A stretch of DNA of 64,000 nt, from the NCBI GenBank assembly GCA_025966315.1, contig JAOPUZ010000068.1, positions 52,834 through 116,833 of the forward strand, written 5' to 3'. This document shows, piece by piece, positions 1 to 10,260 of this stretch (position 1 is the first letter of the stretch; each line of letters opens with the position of its first letter). Made by a program: the position numbers and the translations under genes. The notes beneath the pieces are model-generated. The model was not told where the DNA came from. It worked only from the letters and a program-made list of their open reading frames with translations, and made no database searches. This stretch comes from Frankiales bacterium (lineage in GTDB: Bacteria; Actinomycetota; Actinomycetes; Mycobacteriales; Jatrophihabitantaceae).

Positions 1-100
1 CGCCGTCATAGGCGACGTCAACGGCCATGCCCTCTCTTCGAAGACCACGGACCACGGCATCAGCGAGCTGGGTCTCGTCCTCGACTACTAATACGCGCAC
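1..100 (-). CDS. response regulator, receiver-domain N-terminus (partial, runs off the window)
   Basis: Minus-strand GTG at 98-100 is preceded by GGAG (106-109). Translation VRVLVVEDETQLADAVVRGLRREGMAVDVAYDG is a typical receiver-domain start. Confidence 0.6.
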   Translation of the reverse strand, partial: MRVLVVEDETQLADAVVRGLRREGMAVDVAYDG

Positions 101-116
101 AGTTACTCCGCTTCTG

Positions 117-146
117 AAAAAGACCCCGGCCATCAACTGCCGGGGT
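117..146 (-). terminator. intrinsic terminator downstream of dxs
   Basis: 8-bp GC stem ACCCCGGC/GCCGGGGT (123-146) is followed on the minus strand by a T5 run (117-121), about 50 nt after the dxs stop. Confidence 0.6.
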
Positions 147-197
147 GATCGGGCATCACGATCTCACGACTGCTCGAGTCGCGGTGTTTGGCAAGCG

Positions 198-2150
198 TCA
201 ATCCCGCCGGTTCTCAGGTTCGATCGAGAAACCCGGCGCCCCCGTGGCAACCTCGCTCCCAGACGCGTCACGGCCCGACACGGCAGCCGCGAACTCGATG
301 ACCCGACGGGAGATCCCCCGCGGGGTGAGACCAATTCTGCTCCGTACGTCTGCGACCTTGCCGTGATCGAGGAATTCTGCCGGGATTCCCAGCGCCCGGG
401 TCGGCACCGACTCACCGGCATCACGTAGCAGCGCCGACACCCGCGAGCCGACTCCGTTGACCACGACGCCGTCCTCGATCGTCACGACGACGTCAGCGTC
501 GGCCGCCAGCTCGATCAGCTCGGCTGGTAGTGGGCAGATCCAGCGAGGATCGACAACGCGCACCGAATAGCCCGCCTCGCCGATATGGCCGGCCGCCTCG
601 ATGGCGTCGGTGGCCATGGCCCCGACCGATACGAGAAGCACATCGACTCGCCCTGGCGCCGGTTCGATGAGCACATCGACGCCACCGACGCTTCGTACCG
701 CGGGCACTTCAGGCGGCAGCGGTGTCTTCGGAAAGCGCACCACGGACGGCGCGTCCTCGATCTGGGTTGCCTCTTGCAAAGCGGCCCGCAAGGTGGCTTC
801 GTCACGTGGCGCCGCCATGTGCAATCCCGGCACTACGCCGAGAATCGCCATATCCCACATACCGTTGTGGGACGGACCGTCCTCGCCGGTGACGCCCGCC
901 CGGTCGAGCACAATGGTCACCCCGGCCTTGTGCAGCGCGACGTCCAGCAGCAGTTGGTCGAACGCACGGTTGAGGAACGTCGCGTACAGCGCGACCACCG
1001 GGTGCAGGCCGGCGGCAGCCATGCCCGCGGCCGACGTCAGCGCGTGCTGTTCGGCGATGCCGACGTCGAAGGTGCGTGCGGGGAACCGTTCGGCGAAGCC
1101 GCCGAAACCCACCGGCAGCAGCATGGCCGCGGTCACCGCGACGATGTCATCGCGCGATTCACCGATCCGGACGATCTCGTCGGCGAACACGCTCGTCCAG
1201 CTGCGATTGGACAGCGATGCCTGCTCGCCCGTCTCGGGGTCGATCACGCCGACCGAGTGCATCTGGTCGCCGACGTGATTCTCTGCCGGTGCGTAGCCGT
1301 AACCCTTGCGCGTCACGCAGTGCACGATGACGGGAGCGCCGAACTGCCGGGCGAGCAGGAAGGCGTTCTCGAGTGCCTCCAGATCGTGACCGTCGACCGG
1401 GCCGAGGTACTTGAGCCCGAGGTCCTCGAACATGCCCTGGGGCGCCAGCAGATCTTTGACGCCCCGTTTGAAACCGTGCAGGGCGTCATACAGCGGCGGC
1501 CCGACCAGCGGGGTACGACCGAGCGTGCCCTTGACGTTGCGCAGCATCCGCTCGTAACTCGGCCGCAGTCGTAACCCGGCCAGATGTTCGGCGAAGCCGC
1601 CGATGGTCGGCGAGTAGGACCGGCCGTTGTCATTGACGATCACCACGACCGGTCGATCGCTGGCCGCGATGTTGTTGAGCGCCTCCCAGCACATTCCGCC
1701 GGTCAGGGCACCGTCGCCGACGACGGCGACCACGGGTCGGCGGTCACCGCGCACGTCGAAGGCTTTGGCCATCCCGTCGGCGTAGGACAGCGCGGTGGAG
1801 GCGTGCGAGTTCTCGATCCAGTCGTGCGGGCTTTCGCTGCGGCTCGGGTACCCCGACAGCCCATCGGTCTGGCGCAGCCCATCGAAGCGATCAGCTCGTC
1901 CGGTCACGATCTTGTGCACGTAACTCTGGTGCCCGGTGTCGAACAGGATCGGTTCGGATGGTGAGTCGAAAACGCGGTGCACCGCCAGCGTCAGTTCGAC
2001 CGCGCCCAGGTTCGGGCCGAGGTGGCCGCCGGTCCGCGCGACGTTGCGGACCAGAAAGTCACGGATCTCGTGCGCAAGAGTCGCTAGATCGGGACCCGAC
2101 AGCGCGCGTACATCTGCGGGACTCGACACTCTCGAAAGCACGGAATTCAT
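198..2150 (-). CDS. dxs: 1-deoxy-D-xylulose-5-phosphate synthase
   Basis: 650 aa from MNSVLSRV. Full-length transketolase-like architecture with the GDG(X)nN ThDP motif ([18 protein letters not shown]). The upstream part of the 706-aa ORF looks non-coding. Confidence 0.95.
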   Translation of the reverse strand: MNSVLSRVSSPADVRALSGPDLATLAHEIRDFLVRNVARTGGHLGPNLGAVELTLAVHRVFDSPSEPILFDTGHQSYVHKIVTGRADRFDGLRQTDGLSGYPSRSESPHDWIENSHASTALSYADGMAKAFDVRGDRRPVVAVVGDGALTGGMCWEALNNIAASDRPVVVIVNDNGRSYSPTIGGFAEHLAGLRLRPSYERMLRNVKGTLGRTPLVGPPLYDALHGFKRGVKDLLAPQGMFEDLGLKYLGPVDGHDLEALENAFLLARQFGAPVIVHCVTRKGYGYAPAENHVGDQMHSVGVIDPETGEQASLSNRSWTSVFADEIVRIGESRDDIVAVTAAMLLPVGFGGFAERFPARTFDVGIAEQHALTSAAGMAAAGLHPVVALYATFLNRAFDQLLLDVALHKAGVTIVLDRAGVTGEDGPSHNGMWDMAILGVVPGLHMAAPRDEATLRAALQEATQIEDAPSVVRFPKTPLPPEVPAVRSVGGVDVLIEPAPGRVDVLLVSVGAMATDAIEAAGHIGEAGYSVRVVDPRWICPLPAELIELAADADVVVTIEDGVVVNGVGSRVSALLRDAGESVPTRALGIPAEFLDHGKVADVRSRIGLTPRGISRRVIEFAAAVSGRDASGSEVATGAPGFSIEPENRRD

Positions 2151-2244
2151 GGTCTCAGCCAATCTGTCACGACTGTTCACATTAGCCGCTCGGCCCAACC
2201 CTGGCCTGCGTTTGAGCGGTGGGGCGTTGCGCGATCGGGCAGCT

Positions 2245-3693
2245 TCAGTCCGGTTCAGTCGGACTTCGTTCCTTTTGTGGGTCCGCTGCGGCGACGCCGG
2301 GTCGGAGCGCGGCGACACACTCGACGTGATGAGTCATCGGAAACGTGTCGAAGGCCGACAACTCGTCAAGCTGCCAGCCGGCGTCCAGCGCGAACCGCAC
2401 ATCGCGGGCCAGCGCGGCCGGATCGCAGGCCACGTACACGATCACCCGCGGCCGCAAGTCGATCAAGGCCGCCATCAGCGCGCGGCCGGCGCCGGTCCGC
2501 GGCGGGTCGAGCACGACCACATCGACGCCCCGCAGGGTCTCGGCCGCCTCGACGACGGTGGCGGGCAGGACCGACGCACGGGTGACTGTGGCCCACTCGA
2601 AGGCGATGAGATTAGTAGTGGCGTCGGCAACCGCGGCGCGGTCACCTTCCAAGGCGACCACGGCGCCGGACGGGCCGACCTCAGCGGCGAGCTGTGCGGT
2701 GAAGAGGCCCGCTCCGGCGTACAGATCGAGTACCCGGTCCCCGGACCGGAGCTCGGCGGCGGCCGATACCGCGCCCGTGAACGCGGCTGCCGCGCCCGGG
2801 TGGGTCTGCCAGAAGCCGCCCGGACTGACGTCGAAGTCCCGTCCGGCCACCGTGTAGCTGAGCCGTGCGGGACCGGCGAGCTGCTGGACCGGCGGGGGTT
2901 CAGGCGCTCGTCCGCGGCGGTTTCCCCGCCGATCTGGTCGCGGTCTGCGCTGGTGTCGATGCACCGCACCGGTGCCCAGCACCGCGACCTCGCCGCGATC
3001 GTCCACCGCGAGCTCGACTTCGGACAGGGCCGGTCGGTCGGGCTCGCCGGGCTGGGCTCGCCAGTTCTGGGCCAACAGCTCGGAGTCGCCGACGCCGGGA
3101 GCACCGATCAGGCACACCTCGACCGGCACGATTCGATGGGATCGGTGCGCCCGCAAACCCAACCGGGCGTCGGGCGTCACCGCGAAGCGGATCCGCCGGC
3201 GCCAGCCGAGTGGGGCCGGCGGTAGCGACTGCACGTCGATCTCGCGGTCGAGGCCCGCCAACCTGGACAGCTGCTCGGCCACCACGGTGGCCTTCAAGTC
3301 GAGCTGGGCGGCCAGCGTCACGTGCTGGAAATCGCAGCCACCGCAGCCGCCCGGTCCGGCATAGCGACACGGCGCCTCGACCCGACCGGGCGCTGGCTTC
3401 AGTACCCGGACGGCGTCAGCTCGCGCGAAGCTGCCGCCGCCGTCTTCGGTGACCAGCACCTCGACGCGTTCACCGGGCAACGTGTGCCGGACGAACAGCA
3501 CCCGGCCGTCGAACCGGGCAACACAGTGACCGCCATGGGCCACCGCGGTCACGTCGACGACCAGCCGCCGGCCGGTCCAGTCTTCGGGCGGGGGGCGCTC
3601 AGCCGCAGCCGGAATGGGCGGACTGTCCACATTTATTGGGCCGAGATTTGCCCCATCCGGAAAGGGTTGCGCGCCAGCGGTCACCGGCTTCAC
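2245..3693 (-). CDS. class I SAM-dependent RNA (uracil-5) methyltransferase, TrmA/RlmD family with TRAM domain
   Basis: TRAM-like N-terminus ([25 protein letters not shown]), Fe-S Cys cluster (CGGCDFQH) and a SAM fold ([11 protein letters not shown]). Start is taken at GTG 3693, or alternatively 3630. The rest of the 734-aa ORF is antisense to trkA. Confidence 0.85.
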   Translation of the reverse strand: MKPVTAGAQPFPDGANLGPINVDSPPIPAAAERPPPEDWTGRRLVVDVTAVAHGGHCVARFDGRVLFVRHTLPGERVEVLVTEDGGGSFARADAVRVLKPAPGRVEAPCRYAGPGGCGGCDFQHVTLAAQLDLKATVVAEQLSRLAGLDREIDVQSLPPAPLGWRRRIRFAVTPDARLGLRAHRSHRIVPVEVCLIGAPGVGDSELLAQNWRAQPGEPDRPALSEVELAVDDRGEVAVLGTGAVHRHQRRPRPDRRGNRRGRAPEPPPVQQLAGPARLSYTVAGRDFDVSPGGFWQTHPGAAAAFTGAVSAAAELRSGDRVLDLYAGAGLFTAQLAAEVGPSGAVVALEGDRAAVADATTNLIAFEWATVTRASVLPATVVEAAETLRGVDVVVLDPPRTGAGRALMAALIDLRPRVIVYVACDPAALARDVRFALDAGWQLDELSAFDTFPMTHHVECVAALRPGVAAADPQKERSPTEPD

Positions 3694-3738
3694 CCTAGTC
3701 GCCGCGAACCGCGTCCAGACTGTGTACCGTCGGCAGCC

Positions 3739-4407
3739 GTGCACATCGTCGTCATGGGCTGCGGCCGCGTCGGGTCGACGCTGGCCCACCATTTGTTGAG
3801 GCTCGATCACAGCGTGTCGATCATCGACCAGGATCCGAGCGCTTTCCGCCGCCTGGGCGAGCATTTTGCCGGCAAGACGGTGGCCGGCGTGGGATTCGAT
3901 CGCGAGACGCTGATCGATGCCGGGATCGAGAACGCGGACGCCTTTGCCGCGGTGTCCAACGGCGACAACTCCAACATCATCGCGGCCCGGGTGGCCCGCG
4001 AGACCTTCGGTGTGAACCACGTGGTCGCCCGGATCTATGACGCTCGCCGGGCCGAGGTCTACGAGCGACTCGGCATCCCGACGATCGCCACCGTGCCCTG
4101 GACGGCGAATCGGCTCCTCAAAAACATTCTTGGTGGCACCATTGACGAAGAGTGGCGCGATTCGAGCGGCGAGGTGGTGATCCTGCACGTGGTGCCGGTC
4201 GAAACCTGGGTCGGGCACAAGGTGTCGGACTTCGAACAACTCACCAGTTCCCGGGTGGCGCTGATAACCCGCTTCGGGCGCGGCGAACTGGTCGGTGCGC
4301 ACACCGTCATCCAGGCCGGAGACGAATTGCACGTCGCGACGACCAACAGGCTGGGTGACGCCGTGCGCGAAGCGACGGCTAACGGACCGACTGGAGGGCT
4401 GCACTGA
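3739..4407 (+). CDS. trkA: TrkA-family potassium uptake protein (NAD-binding plus C-terminal domain)
   Basis: VHIVVMGCGRVGS Rossmann motif. GTG start at 3739 is in frame with ORF 3322-4407. Confidence 0.9.
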   Translation: MHIVVMGCGRVGSTLAHHLLRLDHSVSIIDQDPSAFRRLGEHFAGKTVAGVGFDRETLIDAGIENADAFAAVSNGDNSNIIAARVARETFGVNHVVARIYDARRAEVYERLGIPTIATVPWTANRLLKNILGGTIDEEWRDSSGEVVILHVVPVETWVGHKVSDFEQLTSSRVALITRFGRGELVGAHTVIQAGDELHVATTNRLGDAVREATANGPTGGLH

Positions 4408-5066
4408 TGCGCGTGGCAATCGCCGGAGCGGGTGCGGTCGGCAGGTCAATCGCCCGCGAGCTCATCGAGAACGGTCACGAGATTCTGCTGATCGACAAGG
4501 ATCCCCGCAAGGTGCGCCCGGACCGCATTCCGGAGGCGTCCTGGCTGCTGGCCGACGCCTGCGAGGTCGCCAACCTCGAGGACACCAAGCTGCAGGATTA
4601 CGAGGTCGTCATCGGAGCGACTGGCGATGACAAGGTGAACCTCGTCATCTCACTGCTGGCCAAAACCGAATTCTCGGTGCGTCGGGTAGTCGCCCGGATC
4701 AATCACCCGGCCAACGAATGGTTGTTCAACGAGTCGTGGGGCGTCGACTACGCCGTATCCACGCCGCGGGTGCTGGCCGCGTTGGTCGAAGAGGCCGTCT
4801 CGGTTGGCGACGTGGTCCGGCTGTTCACGCTGCGCGAGGGCGAGGCGAACCTGATCGAGGTCACCTTGCCCATCGGCGCGCCGTGCGCCGGCACTCCGGT
4901 GCGGGACCTGGATCTGCCCGCCGACTCGGCCCTGGTGGCGATCGTGCGCAACTCACGGGTGTTGATCCCGACGCCGGACGAACCACTGGAGCCCGGCGAC
5001 GAGTTGCTATTCGTCGCCCTGCCCGAGGCCGAGCCGGCCATCCGGCGCAGCGTCTGTGCGGCCTGA
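4407..5066 (+). CDS. trkA: TrkA-family potassium uptake protein, second paralogue
   Basis: MRVAIAGAGAVGRSIA Rossmann motif. Its ATG overlaps the upstream stop (ATGA), giving the ceoB/ceoC-like tandem. Confidence 0.9.
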   Translation: MRVAIAGAGAVGRSIARELIENGHEILLIDKDPRKVRPDRIPEASWLLADACEVANLEDTKLQDYEVVIGATGDDKVNLVISLLAKTEFSVRRVVARINHPANEWLFNESWGVDYAVSTPRVLAALVEEAVSVGDVVRLFTLREGEANLIEVTLPIGAPCAGTPVRDLDLPADSALVAIVRNSRVLIPTPDEPLEPGDELLFVALPEAEPAIRRSVCAA

Positions 5067-5795
5067 CCGAACCGATCCGTCTCGCATCGAGGCCGTGCCG
5101 GCTGGGTCCTCGCTGTCCGGACCGTCGGCCGGTTCGTCGTCGATCGGTTCGAGTTGGGCGCGGGCGCGCCGCACGATCCAGAACCCGAACGCGACCACCA
5201 CGATGTACAGCGGGAAACCCATGATCAACTTGGTCGCGGCGAGCCATCCCGTTCGGTTGTCCTGAAACAGCCGCAGCTGCACCGCGCCCCGGGCCGCGAA
5301 CATCAACAGCGCGGCGCCGCTGGCCAGGTCGTAGGCCCGCCGCAGGATTCGTACCTGGTGCCAGCGGGTGCCCTGAGCAAGCGGGCTGGGTTCGAGATAC
5401 TCCCAGAACACACCGACCAGCGGGCGGCGCATCAGCATCGAGATTGCGAAGACGACCGCGTACACGACAGCCGCGGCGATGCCGAGCAGGAAGAACCCCC
5501 GAGCCTGCCCGGTTCGCCCGGCGATCGCGGCCGCGACCACCACGCTGAACAGCCCCATAACCGCTTGCTGCACGGGCTGACGGCGGATCAAGCGGTAGAT
5601 CGCCACGATGACCCCGGCGGCCACGGCGGCAATGATGCCGGCACGCAACCCGCGCCCGGCGTTGACTGCGACGAAGACAATCGGCGGTATTGCCGCGACG
5701 ATCGTGCCCGACCAGCCCCCGAACGAGGACAGCAATTGTTGCCGCGTCTGTTCGCGGATGCTGTCGTGATGCGGCTCGGCCACGCTTTGACTCAA
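5007..5795 (-). CDS. DUF3159-like integral membrane protein
   Basis: Multi-TM protein, 4-nt start/stop overlap with the upstream gene. It occupies the position of the conserved membrane protein next to trkA in actinobacteria. Confidence 0.75.
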   Translation of the reverse strand: MSQSVAEPHHDSIREQTRQQLLSSFGGWSGTIVAAIPPIVFVAVNAGRGLRAGIIAAVAAGVIVAIYRLIRRQPVQQAVMGLFSVVVAAAIAGRTGQARGFFLLGIAAAVVYAVVFAISMLMRRPLVGVFWEYLEPSPLAQGTRWHQVRILRRAYDLASGAALLMFAARGAVQLRLFQDNRTGWLAATKLIMGFPLYIVVVAFGFWIVRRARAQLEPIDDEPADGPDSEDPAGTASMRDGSVRSGRTDAAPDGRLGLGQGDE

Positions 5796-6466
5796 CCGTT
5801 CCCGAGGGCGGTGCCGTCGTCAGACTCGGCGGCAAGCGCGTTGATCTGCTCGGCGGTCTCTTCGGGCAGGACCAGCGGCACCGGTTCGCGAACGGGCAAC
5901 GCCTCGTTGCCGCGCACGACCACGAGGGTTCGGAACGCCTCCAGGAAGACATCGGCATCGCCATCCGCGCCTTTGGCTAGCGCCGGTGCGCCGGACAGCA
6001 TGCCGCGCAGGAACCAACGAGGACCGTTCACGCCGATGAACCGCACCGGGGTGAAACCGCCAGGCGCCGGTAACTTGCCGGCGAGTTCGGTGCCGAAGTC
6101 GCCGTCCTGTTCCTCGACCGTGCCGCCCTGACTCGAGATCGATGCCTTGATCTCAGCCCGGACCTCGTCCCAGATTCCTTCCGACCGCGGTGCCGCGTAC
6201 ACCCCGAGCTGCATCTGCCCGCTGTCGTTGGCCAGCGTCACGCCGGCCACCTGCCCCTGTTCGGCAATGTCGACGCGGACCTCCAGACCGGCGTCCACGA
6301 CCACCCGCAACGCACCCAGATCGAGGCGTGGCCGGCCGTCCTCCGGCGCGTCCAGGACGTCGTACGGGCCTACCGTCTTAGCGCTCTCGTGCACGCGCCG
6401 GGTATCCCAGGGCGGAGTGGCGTCCAGCTTGGACTGCTCGGTGCGCTTCTCTTTGCGCCGCGCCAT
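5792..6466 (-). CDS. DUF3710-like conserved actinobacterial protein
   Basis: 224-aa acidic protein directly downstream of dut, with high GC3. Confidence 0.75.
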   Translation of the reverse strand: MARRKEKRTEQSKLDATPPWDTRRVHESAKTVGPYDVLDAPEDGRPRLDLGALRVVVDAGLEVRVDIAEQGQVAGVTLANDSGQMQLGVYAAPRSEGIWDEVRAEIKASISSQGGTVEEQDGDFGTELAGKLPAPGGFTPVRFIGVNGPRWFLRGMLSGAPALAKGADGDADVFLEAFRTLVVVRGNEALPVREPVPLVLPEETAEQINALAAESDDGTALGNG

Positions 6467-6990
6467 CAGTGATCAGTACCTTTCTCGGGAACGTAGCCGG
6501 CGGAGCCTTCGGGCCCAGCCACGATCAGTGCCCGGGCTCCCCCGGTCGAGCCGTGTCCCCCGGTTCCGCGGTCCGAGCCGGCCAGCTCGGACACCTCCAC
6601 GAATTCGGCCTGCTCCACTCGTTGGATGACGAGCTGCGCGATCCGGTCACCCCGCCGGATGACGATCTCACGGTCGCGGTCGAAGTTGACGGCGACCACC
6701 TTGATCTCGCCGCGGTAGCCGGAGTCGATCGTGCCCGGAGCATTGACCAGGCCCAGGCCCGCCTTGATCGCCAACCCAGAACGCGGGTGGACGAAGCCGG
6801 CGTAGCCGGGCGGCAGCTCGATCGCGAGCCCGGTCGGTATCAAGGCGCGCTGACCCGGCGCGAGGACCAGGTCTTCGGTACTGACCAGGTCGGCGCCGGC
6901 ATCACCGTCGCGGGCGTACTCGGGCAACGGCACGCTCGGGTCGAGCCGAAGTACGCCGATCCGCAGGTCGGCGGTAGTCACAGGTGCCAC
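6466..6990 (-). CDS. dut: dUTP diphosphatase
   Basis: dUTPase motifs: [23 protein letters not shown]. Confidence 0.95.
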   Translation of the reverse strand: MAPVTTADLRIGVLRLDPSVPLPEYARDGDAGADLVSTEDLVLAPGQRALIPTGLAIELPPGYAGFVHPRSGLAIKAGLGLVNAPGTIDSGYRGEIKVVAVNFDRDREIVIRRGDRIAQLVIQRVEQAEFVEVSELAGSDRGTGGHGSTGGARALIVAGPEGSAGYVPEKGTDH

Positions 6991-7014
6991 AGCGCAGAAG
7001 GCTACCCTCGTGCG

Positions 7015-7497
7015 GTGACCAAACCGCCCGCCGACCGCCCTGGTGGGGCCGTGTATTCAGAGCAGCTGCGCACGCCCTGGTGGTGGTATCTCGGCGCGAT
7101 CGCGGTGGCGGTGTTGCTGGGCGCGGAATTCGCGCTGGCGGTGTCGGGCTGGATCTCATGGGTGCCGGGCGCGATCCTGGTTCCGCTCTGCGTCGGCGTG
7201 GTCTGGCGACTGTCCTCGGGCCGGGTCGCGGTCAGTGGCGGGCGCCTGGTCGCGGGCGAGGACGAGCTTGCCCTGGCCGAGATCCGAACGGCAGTGGGCC
7301 TGTCCCCCACCGAGTTGCGGCATCTCGTCGGTCGGCATTCGGATCCGGTGTCCCACACCTTCGTCCGGTCTTGGGTGGGACCTGGAGTCCAATTGATCCT
7401 GGACAAGGAGTCACCGGTGCCTTACTGGGTCGTGTCGACCAGGCATCCCGACCGGCTCCTGGCGGCGCTCGGCACCGCGTCCATACCGTTGCGCTGA
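7015..7497 (+). CDS. DUF3093-like membrane protein
   Basis: GTG 7015 is in frame with ORF 6469-7497, whose 5' part is antisense to dut. Two TM helices after WWWYL. Confidence 0.7.
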   Translation: MTKPPADRPGGAVYSEQLRTPWWWYLGAIAVAVLLGAEFALAVSGWISWVPGAILVPLCVGVVWRLSSGRVAVSGGRLVAGEDELALAEIRTAVGLSPTELRHLVGRHSDPVSHTFVRSWVGPGVQLILDKESPVPYWVVSTRHPDRLLAALGTASIPLR

Positions 7498-7554
7498 CGA
7501 ATCGCAGCGCGCCACTCGTAGCCCGCGAACAGTCCTAGAGGGGAGCACCCAGAC

Positions 7555-8328
7555 GTGTCACAGCCAGCCCAGCAGCGCTTCGCCGGTCAGGTCGCCTTGG
7601 TCACCGGCGCGAGTCGCGGTATCGGTTTCGCCGCGGCGAGAAGATTCCTGGCCGAGGGCGCCAGCGTCTGCATCACCGCGCGCCGCCCGGCTGGTCTGGC
7701 CAGTGCCCGGGACGAACTCGTCGCCCTCAGCGCACCGGAGCGGGTCATCATCGCCGGCGGCGCCGCCGACGATCCCGAACATCAACAGGCGGCGGTGGCC
7801 GCAACGTTGCAGGCCTTCGGGCGCCTCGACGTACTCGTCTACAACACCGGCATCAACCCGACGTACGGCCCGCTGCTGGACCTTGATCCCGGAGTGGCTC
7901 GAAAGATGTTCGAGGTGAACCTGCTGGCCGCGCTCTTCTGGGTCAAACAGGCGCACGCTGCCTGGATGGGTGCCAATGGTGGGGCGATCGTCAATGTCTC
8001 GTCGGTGGCCGGCCTGGGCAGCTCGCCCAACCTTGCCTTCTACGGCATCACCAAAGCCGCGCTGATCTCGCTGACCAAGCAGCTGGCCGTCGAACTCGCG
8101 CCGGCCATCCGGGTCAATGCCGTGGCGCCGGCCGTCATCCGGACTCGATTCGCCGAAGCGCTGTACGCCGACGACGAAGCCGCCGTAGCGGCGTCCTACG
8201 CACTCAAGCGGATCGGGGAACCGGACGACGTGGCGGGCGCAATTGCCTACCTCGCGTCGTCCGACGCAGGTTGGACGACCGGGCAAACACTGGTCATCGA
8301 CGGCGGCGCGTTGGGTTCGCGCGGCTGA
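7555..8328 (+). CDS. SDR-family oxidoreductase
   Basis: TGASRGIG cofactor motif, NTGI, and catalytic S...YxxxK (YGITKAAL). Confidence 0.9.
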   Translation: MSQPAQQRFAGQVALVTGASRGIGFAAARRFLAEGASVCITARRPAGLASARDELVALSAPERVIIAGGAADDPEHQQAAVAATLQAFGRLDVLVYNTGINPTYGPLLDLDPGVARKMFEVNLLAALFWVKQAHAAWMGANGGAIVNVSSVAGLGSSPNLAFYGITKAALISLTKQLAVELAPAIRVNAVAPAVIRTRFAEALYADDEAAVAASYALKRIGEPDDVAGAIAYLASSDAGWTTGQTLVIDGGALGSRG

Positions 8329-8361
8329 TCGACTTCAGTTCGCGCGGCAGATCCGGGGCCA

Positions 8362-9129
8362 TCACAGCCGCCGGAACCACTTCTCGTCGGCGGGACGTTG
8401 GTCGGCGAGCCCGCGCAGTTCTTCGGCGAGCGTCTCACCGAGCTTTCGGGTCGTCCGCCGATTGATCTCCGCACCCGCGACGGCGCCGGCCATGAACGGG
8501 GCCAGCGTTGTCGTGCTCTGACCGAAACGGCGTAACACCTGGCCCCGCAGTTCGCGTTTCGCCGCCGCACCCATGATCGTGCCCAGGCCGGCGCCCGCGG
8601 CGGCCGGTGCGATGGCCCGTTTGCGCACCCACGACATCAGGTAGGCACCGCCACGTTCGGTCGGTGTGCCCGCGGCCGGACGTCCATAGATTTCGTGCAG
8701 CTCGGCGACCAGCTTCAGTTCGATGGCGGTGATCGCCAGCGTCTCGGCCGCCAGCTGTACCGGTGTTGCCAGCAGCAGGGGCGGAGCGGCGAACTGGACC
8801 GCGGCCAGGCCGCCGCCGGCCGCACCGAGGGCGGTACTGGCTCGGGTAGCGGTCGTAATCAAGCGCTCGGCGATCTGATCGCTGGACAGTCCAGGGAACT
8901 GGCGGTGCAATGTTGTCGCGTCGCGCACCGTGACCCGCGGAGCCAATTCGATGATCTCGTCGACCATCCACCGGCCGGCGGCGACGGCACGGATGCCCGC
9001 CTTTCGGGCGCGCTTACTGAGCAAGACGGCAAGGTCGGCGAGCGCTTTCTGCCGCGCACGGCTGTTCCCGCCCGCGCCGTCGTCGGCGACGAGGCGGGCG
9101 AGAACATCACTCAGTTCATGCTCGGGCAT
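8362..9129 (-). CDS. hypothetical protein (possibly EcsC-like)
   Basis: 255-aa ORF with high GC3, Ala/Gly-rich. Lies 37 nt downstream of the DUF4193 gene on the same strand. The family call is tentative. Confidence 0.55.
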   Translation of the reverse strand: MPEHELSDVLARLVADDGAGGNSRARQKALADLAVLLSKRARKAGIRAVAAGRWMVDEIIELAPRVTVRDATTLHRQFPGLSSDQIAERLITTATRASTALGAAGGGLAAVQFAAPPLLLATPVQLAAETLAITAIELKLVAELHEIYGRPAAGTPTERGGAYLMSWVRKRAIAPAAAGAGLGTIMGAAAKRELRGQVLRRFGQSTTTLAPFMAGAVAGAEINRRTTRKLGETLAEELRGLADQRPADEKWFRRL

Positions 9130-9166
9130 GACGCAGCTGTCTTCGGACGGTTACCGACGGCGATGC

Positions 9167-9475
9167 TCAGGCACAATCCCGGCAGATCAACTGACCGTTC
9201 TTCTCTCGCGCGAGCCGCGACCGGTGGTGTACCAGGAAACAGCTCGAACAGGTGAACTCATCGTCCTGCTTCGGAAGTACCCGGACCGTCAGCTCCTCAC
9301 CGGACACGCTTGACAGATCTGCGCCCGGCAACTCGAGCGACTCAGCCATTTCGGCCTCGTCGACGTCGATCGAACCCGACTGTGCCTCGGCACGACGGGC
9401 TTTCAGCTCTTCCAGTGAATCTTCATTCAGTTCGTCTACATCCCCCCGTCGGGGGGCGTCATAATCGGTGGCCAC
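9167..9475 (-). CDS. DUF4193-like protein
   Basis: Acidic N-terminus (MATDYDAPRR) and a C-terminal CxxC...CxxC (FTCSSCFLVHH...LICRDCA), characteristic of this conserved actinobacterial family. Confidence 0.85.
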   Translation of the reverse strand: MATDYDAPRRGDVDELNEDSLEELKARRAEAQSGSIDVDEAEMAESLELPGADLSSVSGEELTVRVLPKQDDEFTCSSCFLVHHRSRLAREKNGQLICRDCA

Positions 9476-9690
9476 TGCTTCTCAACTCCTCGATCAAGTA
9501 CACGAGTTTTCACGCGACGAATCTGCTCGGCCGACGAGAACGGGAGAGCCCGCTTTCGCGTTTGGCCGCGGAACCGTACCGCGTCACGCGTGCCGTCCAA
9601 CGACCGGGCGGCCCTCACCATTCCCGAAGGTTGCGCCAGCTAGGCTGTCGACCTGACCAGCTGGCCTTGACGAGGGGTGAATAGCGCAGT

Positions 9691-10203
9691 ATGTCCGCTA
9701 CGAGCGCGCGGCGTCCGCTTCCGGCGCTGGTCTTTCTATTGGTGCTCACAGTACTTACGGCTGTCGTGTGGTGGCGTGTTCTGCACCGACCGCAGGAATC
9801 CTCGGCCACCGGCCAGACGACTGGCCCGACTCCGGTGGTGAAATGCACTCCGGGCGTTAAGTCGATCACACTTCCGGCCCCGAAGGCGGTTTCGGTCGCG
9901 GTCTACAACGGTTCGCAACGTGATCACCTGGCGGCCACGGTCCAGACCGAGCTTCGGGCACGTGGCTTCACGGTGCCCTCGGTGGCCGACGCCCCGAGCG
10001 TGCTCGCCGGTGCCGGTCAGATCCAGTACGGCCCGGCCGGACGTCCCGCCGCCTCGTTGTTGACGTACTACCTGCCTGGCCTCAAGCCGGTTCTCACCAA
10101 TACCGCCGCCAAGAGCGTCAAGGTGATCCTGGGCAAGGGCTTTGAGAATCTTGCCGCCCAGACCGCGGTCACCAAGGCGCTGGCCCAGGTGAAGGCCTGT
10201 TGA
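9691..10203 (+). CDS. LytR C-terminal domain-containing membrane-anchored protein
   Basis: N-terminal TM helix followed by VSVAVYNGSQRDHLAATVQTELRARGFTV, a LytR_C-type motif. Confidence 0.75.
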   Translation: MSATSARRPLPALVFLLVLTVLTAVVWWRVLHRPQESSATGQTTGPTPVVKCTPGVKSITLPAPKAVSVAVYNGSQRDHLAATVQTELRARGFTVPSVADAPSVLAGAGQIQYGPAGRPAASLLTYYLPGLKPVLTNTAAKSVKVILGKGFENLAAQTAVTKALAQVKAC

Positions 10204-10260
10204 GCCAGCGAGCCCGCGCGCTTTGTTCGAGGGCTTGTCCGATCTCGGCCGGATCGCGGC

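Noticed and set aside
585-1574. Long ORFs antisense to or overlapping real genes. Examples: 585-1574 (+), 1936-3225 (+), 4861-5964 (-), 17304-18446 (-), 33344-34351 (-), 41440-42882 (-), 46684-48033 (-).
   Set aside because: They are Arg/Pro/Gly-rich with no family signatures, and each lies opposite a gene with strong motif support. This is the usual stop-codon-poor artefact of high-GC DNA.
2245-4449. 734-aa ORF read as one large fusion protein.
   Set aside because: Only the C-terminal about 480 aa look like the TRAM/methyltransferase protein. The upstream part is the antisense of trkA (3739-4407), which has clear Rossmann motifs.
5007-5066. Convergent gene overlaps: 60 bp between trkA and DUF3159, and 35 bp between PHP and sulfurtransferase at 31704-31738.
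   Set aside because: They are most simply explained by late stop codons in GC-rich DNA. There is no additional structure to suggest a regulatory role.
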